Below, one piece after another: positions 59,928-63,391 of a stretch of 63,391 bases of DNA. The translations under genes were made by a program, and so were the position numbers. The stretch lies in assembly GCA_964629785.1 (NCBI GenBank), contig CAZVRU010000005.1, positions 27,225 through 90,615 of the forward strand. The letters run 5' to 3'. The notes under the pieces are model-generated. The model was given only the letters and a program-made list of their open reading frames with translations. It ran no database searches and was not told where the DNA came from. How positions within the stretch are numbered: the stretch's first letter is position 1; each line of letters begins with the position of its first letter. This DNA comes from an uncultured Planctomycetia bacterium (GTDB taxonomy: Bacteria; Omnitrophota; Gorgyraeia; Duberdicusellales; 4484-171).

Positions 59928-60290
59928 AGGGTAGCCCTTCGACTTCGCTCAGGACAAGCAAGTAGAGAGTAGAGGGTAGAGAGTAGAGGGTAGAGGGTAG
60001 AGAGTGCCGCCTGCGGCACAGATCGAAGGACGAGGGATGACCGCTTCGCTAAGACGAGGGATGAGAAAAAATCGCAAATTGCAACCTGCCTCGACGGCAA
60101 GGCGGGAATCAGCATTGCAAAATGAGATATGAGAAGAGGAGAGATGAGAAATGAGTTTGGAGAAAGAAGAGTATTCTCTTTCAATTTATAACTCATGATT
60201 CATAATTTAAGTATTGACTATCGGCCATAGACCATCCCGATGCTGCGTTCGGGACGAGTAGACTATCGACCATGTATAGATATCGACTGA
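59920..60290. repeat. Composite heptamer/palindrome element upstream of mtnA
   Basis: CCCTTCGACTTCGCTCAGG, GTAGAG(A/G) x6 (59962-60003), GCC-TGC-GGC, GAAGGAC/GAGGGAT units, 22-bp palindrome 60085-60106, ATGAGA units, CATAATT units, CTATCG/CCATAGA units. Confidence 0.92.
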
Positions 60291-60312
60291 GAGTTAAAGA
60301 GAGAAATAAACT

Positions 60313-61365
60313 ATGCGAGCGATAAAGTTCAGAAATAACAGGCTGTTTTATCTGGATCAGACTTGTTTGCCGGTCAGAGAGGTATGGCAGGAGTGCCGCT
60401 CTCTGTCGGATGCGGTAGAGGCGATCAGACAACTTAAAGTGCGGGGCGCGCCGATGATCGGTGTGTTTGCCGCCTATTCTTTATATATCGCGGTTCGCGA
60501 TCGCCGGGACGAGTCGCCGGCTTCTCTTTTGAAGTATTTCGATAAAGCCTGTACTGCTTTGATCAAAAGCCGGCCTACGGCAGTAAATCTGGCCTGGGCT
60601 GTGGAAAGGGTTCGCGAAGCAGCAAAATCCTGCCGTAAGGAAAAAGTAAAAAAAGTGATCTCTACGGTTATCAGCGAGGCCAAGGCGATCGATCATCAGG
60701 ATGTAAAGCTTTGCGCCGCTATCGGTAAATATGGGCTAAAGCTTATCCGTTCCGGCGATGTTCTGCTGACCCACTGCAATGCCGGCCTTCTGGCCACTGC
60801 CGGTAACGGCACGGCTTTAGCGGTGATCTATGAGGCGGCCAGAAAGTTTAAAAATATCAGGGTCTATGCCGACGAGACAAGGCCGCTGCTGCAGGGAGCC
60901 CGTCTGACCTGCTGGGAACTTATGAAGAACAAAGTCGGGGTCACGCTTATCTGCGATAACATGGCTGCCGATCTCATGCGCCGCGGTCTGATCGATAAAA
61001 TAATCGTGGGCGCGGACCGGATCACGGCTCAGGGTGACGTAGCCAATAAGATCGGGACCTACGGTCTGGCAGTTAATGCTTTTTATCATAAAGTGCCTTT
61101 TTATGTGGCAGCCCCTTTTTCCACCTTTGATCTGACTATCGATAAGGGGGAAGATATACCTATCGAACAGCGCAGTGCCGGTGAAGTGCGCCGGATACTG
61201 GGAAAGCTTGCTGTTGCTCCCAGGGAAGTTCCGGTATATAATCCGGCTTTTGATGTGACGCCGCATAAGCTGATCACGGCTATTATTACCGACCGGGGCA
61301 TTATCAGGCCGCCGTTCAGTAAGAATATCAAAAGAATATTTTCGAATAAAAAAAGTGATATTTGA
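60313..61365 (+). CDS. mtnA: S-methyl-5-thioribose-1-phosphate isomerase
   Basis: VRGAP.IG, SRPTAVNL, THCNAG.LAT, ETRP.LQGARLT, ANKIGTY, NPAFDVTP. Confidence 0.95.
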   Translation: MRAIKFRNNRLFYLDQTCLPVREVWQECRSLSDAVEAIRQLKVRGAPMIGVFAAYSLYIAVRDRRDESPASLLKYFDKACTALIKSRPTAVNLAWAVERVREAAKSCRKEKVKKVISTVISEAKAIDHQDVKLCAAIGKYGLKLIRSGDVLLTHCNAGLLATAGNGTALAVIYEAARKFKNIRVYADETRPLLQGARLTCWELMKNKVGVTLICDNMAADLMRRGLIDKIIVGADRITAQGDVANKIGTYGLAVNAFYHKVPFYVAAPFSTFDLTIDKGEDIPIEQRSAGEVRRILGKLAVAPREVPVYNPAFDVTPHKLITAIITDRGIIRPPFSKNIKRIFSNKKSDI

Positions 61366-61368
61366 TGA

Positions 61369-61635
61369 GGAAGTAGCGGGTAGCCCTTCGACAGGCTCAG
61401 AACAAGCGGGTAGAGAGACCCGCCTGCGGCGCAGAAGTAAAAAGAAAAAAGGCAAAAGGCACTTGGGAAATTGCAAATTGTAAATTGTAACCTGCCTCGA
61501 CGGCAAGGCGGGAATTAGCATTGCAAAATTAAGATATAAGAAATGAGAGTATTCTCTTTTCAATTCATGACGCATAATTCGCAATTCATAATTTAAGTAT
61601 TGGCTATCGACCATCGACTATAGATTATAGACAAT
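61369..61635. repeat. Composite heptamer/palindrome element downstream of mtnA (homologous to 59920-60290)
   Basis: CCCTTCGACAGGCTCAGAAC, GCC-TGC-GGC, AAAAGG units, AAATTG units, 22-bp palindrome 61491-61512, CATAATT units, CTATCGA CCATCGA CTATAGA units. Confidence 0.92.
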
Positions 61636-61663
61636 TTAACTTATAACGTTTAAGATCAGAGCT

Positions 61664-62509
61664 ATGAATGAACTGCAGTGGGTAGAGTTTTTACGGAAAA
61701 AGAAAACGAATAATAAAAAGATCGTTGCCGGTATCGGCGATGATTGCGCGGTTATTCGGCAGGGAAAAGGTTATCTTTTATACAGCAGTGATCTTTTTAT
61801 CGAAAATGTCCATTTTGACAGAAAAAAGATGAGCTTTAAGGATATCGGACAGCGGGCCGCGGCCCGGGCCATGTCCGATATAGTTGCCTGCGGCGGCATC
61901 CCCAGGTATCTGGGGGTTTCCTGCGGCCGGCCCCGTTCCTGCCCGGCCGAAAGGCTTAAGAATGTGTACAGGGGTATCGAAGAGTACTGCAAAGGATATG
62001 ATGTAACTCTTATCGGCGGAGATACTTCCCTGGCTTCTGAACTGGTTTTTGATATCTGGGTAATAGGAGATACCGATAAATATGTTCTGCGCAGTACGGC
62101 CCGCGAGGGGGACGCGATCTTTGTTACCGGCCGGCTGGGCCGGCTCGCTTTCGATCAGGTGTTCGATCTGAGGGTCAGGGAGATCAGCCGGTTGACACAT
62201 GAATATAAGATAAATTCCCTGATCGATATTTCGGACGGGTTCATCATCGATCTTTTTCGTGTCCTGGAGGCCAGCGGCAAAGGCGCCTTGCTCTGCGCTG
62301 ACCGGCTTCCTTTGACCAGAGGCATGGATGATCTGTTCAGAGGGGAAGACTATGAATTGATATTTACCGTGGATAAAAAAGAAGATATGCGCCGGCTGAA
62401 AAAGAAATATTTTTATGTGGGAGATGTCACTGCGGCAAAAAAAGGCTATTGCCTGCGCCTGGGCAATGAAGTAAAAAAGATAGACGTTAAAGGGTATCTT
62501 CATTTTTAA
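61664..62509 (+). CDS. thiL: Thiamine-monophosphate kinase
   Basis: GIGDDCA, ENVHF, MSDIVACGG, IGGDT, DISDG, GEDYEL. Confidence 0.93.
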   Translation: MNELQWVEFLRKKKTNNKKIVAGIGDDCAVIRQGKGYLLYSSDLFIENVHFDRKKMSFKDIGQRAAARAMSDIVACGGIPRYLGVSCGRPRSCPAERLKNVYRGIEEYCKGYDVTLIGGDTSLASELVFDIWVIGDTDKYVLRSTAREGDAIFVTGRLGRLAFDQVFDLRVREISRLTHEYKINSLIDISDGFIIDLFRVLEASGKGALLCADRLPLTRGMDDLFRGEDYELIFTVDKKEDMRRLKKKYFYVGDVTAAKKGYCLRLGNEVKKIDVKGYLHF

Positions 62510-62516
62510 ACAGAAA

Positions 62517-63008
62517 ATGATCAAAGAAAAAAAGTCTGCGGCAATGGAAATCTTCAGCTCTTCTGAGGCAGAGACCAGAGGCGTAGCCGTTCAACTGGCC
62601 GCTAAACTGAAAAAAGGCGATGTCGTATTACTGGAAGGCCCGCTGGGTGCCGGTAAAACCGTATTTGTCAAAGGTGTATTGCAGGGGCTGGGTTTTTCCC
62701 GCGATGAGGCCCGCAGCCCTACTTTTACCCTGGTCCGTCAATACCGCCGCAGGAAGATAACGGTATATCATCTGGATCTGTACCGTATCTGCTGTGCCGA
62801 AGAACTGGTCAATCTGGGCTATGAAGAATATCTCTATTCGCCGCCGGGGATCACTCTTGTAGAATGGGCGGAAAAAATAGAGGGGATAGAGTCGGATTTT
62901 ATAAGAGTAAAGATCGCCTATAAAGGCCGGGAAAGCCGGAGCATCAGAATAGATTTCAGGAATCATCCGGAATTTACCTTGCGAAATCATGAGATTTTTA
63001 GGGATTGA
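62517..63008 (+). CDS. tsaE: tRNA threonylcarbamoyladenosine biosynthesis ATPase
   Basis: GPLGAGKT, SPTFTLV, HLDLYR, VEWAE. Confidence 0.95.
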   Translation: MIKEKKSAAMEIFSSSEAETRGVAVQLAAKLKKGDVVLLEGPLGAGKTVFVKGVLQGLGFSRDEARSPTFTLVRQYRRRKITVYHLDLYRICCAEELVNLGYEEYLYSPPGITLVEWAEKIEGIESDFIRVKIAYKGRESRSIRIDFRNHPEFTLRNHEIFRD

Positions 63009-63391
63009 GAGTTCGACCGAAAAGCTTTCTCTGGGGGCCCTGGATAATGAACAGGTCCTTTTTTCCTTTTACCGGCAAACTGAACGTTCTGCTTCCCGGG
63101 CAATCGACGATCTGGGCCGTCTGCTGAAAAAACATCGAATGGCGGTAAAGGATTTTGATTGTCTGGTTGTCGGTTCAGGGCCGGGTTCCTTTACCGGTTT
63201 GCGCATCGCTTTCAGTTTAGCAAAAGCCTGGAATTGCGCTCTGGGCATACCGGTAATTCCTCTGGGCAGTTTTTTGTCCGTTGCCGAAAAGGTGAAAGAT
63301 CAGGCCTGCCGCATCGCGGTTTTTTCCGATGCCCGTAAAAATATGATCTATGCCGCCACCTACAGCCTGCGGGACAAAAGAGTCTTTCAGG
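62989..63391 (+). CDS. tsaB: tRNA threonylcarbamoyladenosine biosynthesis protein TsaB (5' part, runs off the window)
   Basis: Own translation from ATG 62989: MRFLGIESST...VVGSGPGSFTGLRIAFS...DARKN; no stop before the window end. Confidence 0.92.
   Translation, partial: MRFLGIESSTEKLSLGALDNEQVLFSFYRQTERSASRAIDDLGRLLKKHRMAVKDFDCLVVGSGPGSFTGLRIAFSLAKAWNCALGIPVIPLGSFLSVAEKVKDQACRIAVFSDARKNMIYAATYSLRDKRVFQ

Noticed and set aside
59768-60432. Minus-strand ORFs 59768-60196 and 60193-60432 (also the 61366-61614 part of 60817-61614 and the + ORF 15743-15928)
   Set aside because: They are translations of the repeat mosaics (LSTLYPLLSTLYSLL; LIPALPSRQV appears in two of them), lack SD sequences and overlap real genes antisense.
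59920-61635. Possible CRISPR array given repeated palindromic units
   Set aside because: No constant-length repeats with unique spacers at regular period; no cas genes.

Overview
A 63.4-kb chromosomal window from a diderm bacterium, probably Candidatus Omnitrophota or a related PVC lineage. That assignment is an inference from a TYYPSP-motif secreted protein, a tandem-domain ThyX, pilin-like genes lacking Gly-1, and Lol/Mla genes sitting in Firmicutes-like gene orders. The window holds about 60 CDS, all on the + strand except arfB, plus three tRNAs (Pro, Arg, His). The left third is an accessory and metabolic mix (thyX, glgP, map, mscS, radC, a polyprenyl synthase). The stretch 19.6-28.9 kb is a c-di-GMP/two-component cluster with two pilin-like paralogues; the second is interrupted by one in-frame TAG. 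From 29 kb onward it is housekeeping: gap-pgk-tpiA-secG-opp, lysS-lolC-lolD-ilvE, mcsA-mcsB-clpC-[TamB-like, mlaEFD]-radA-PIN/TRAM-ispD-ispF-cysS-tmk-holB-PSP1-metG-tatD-mtnA-thiL-tsaE-tsaB. The most unusual signal is non-coding. At least 13 intergenic spacers, many inside tight operons, are mosaics of degenerate 7-bp tandem repeats carrying a small, re-used set of short palindromes. These palindromes sit in register without target duplication, are sometimes nested in one another, and often have GNA triloops. Two homologous composite copies flank mtnA directly, and inverted arrays bracket ispF. No transposase, integrase, reverse transcriptase or CRISPR array was recognised. All product calls come from motif recognition by eye; no database search was run.
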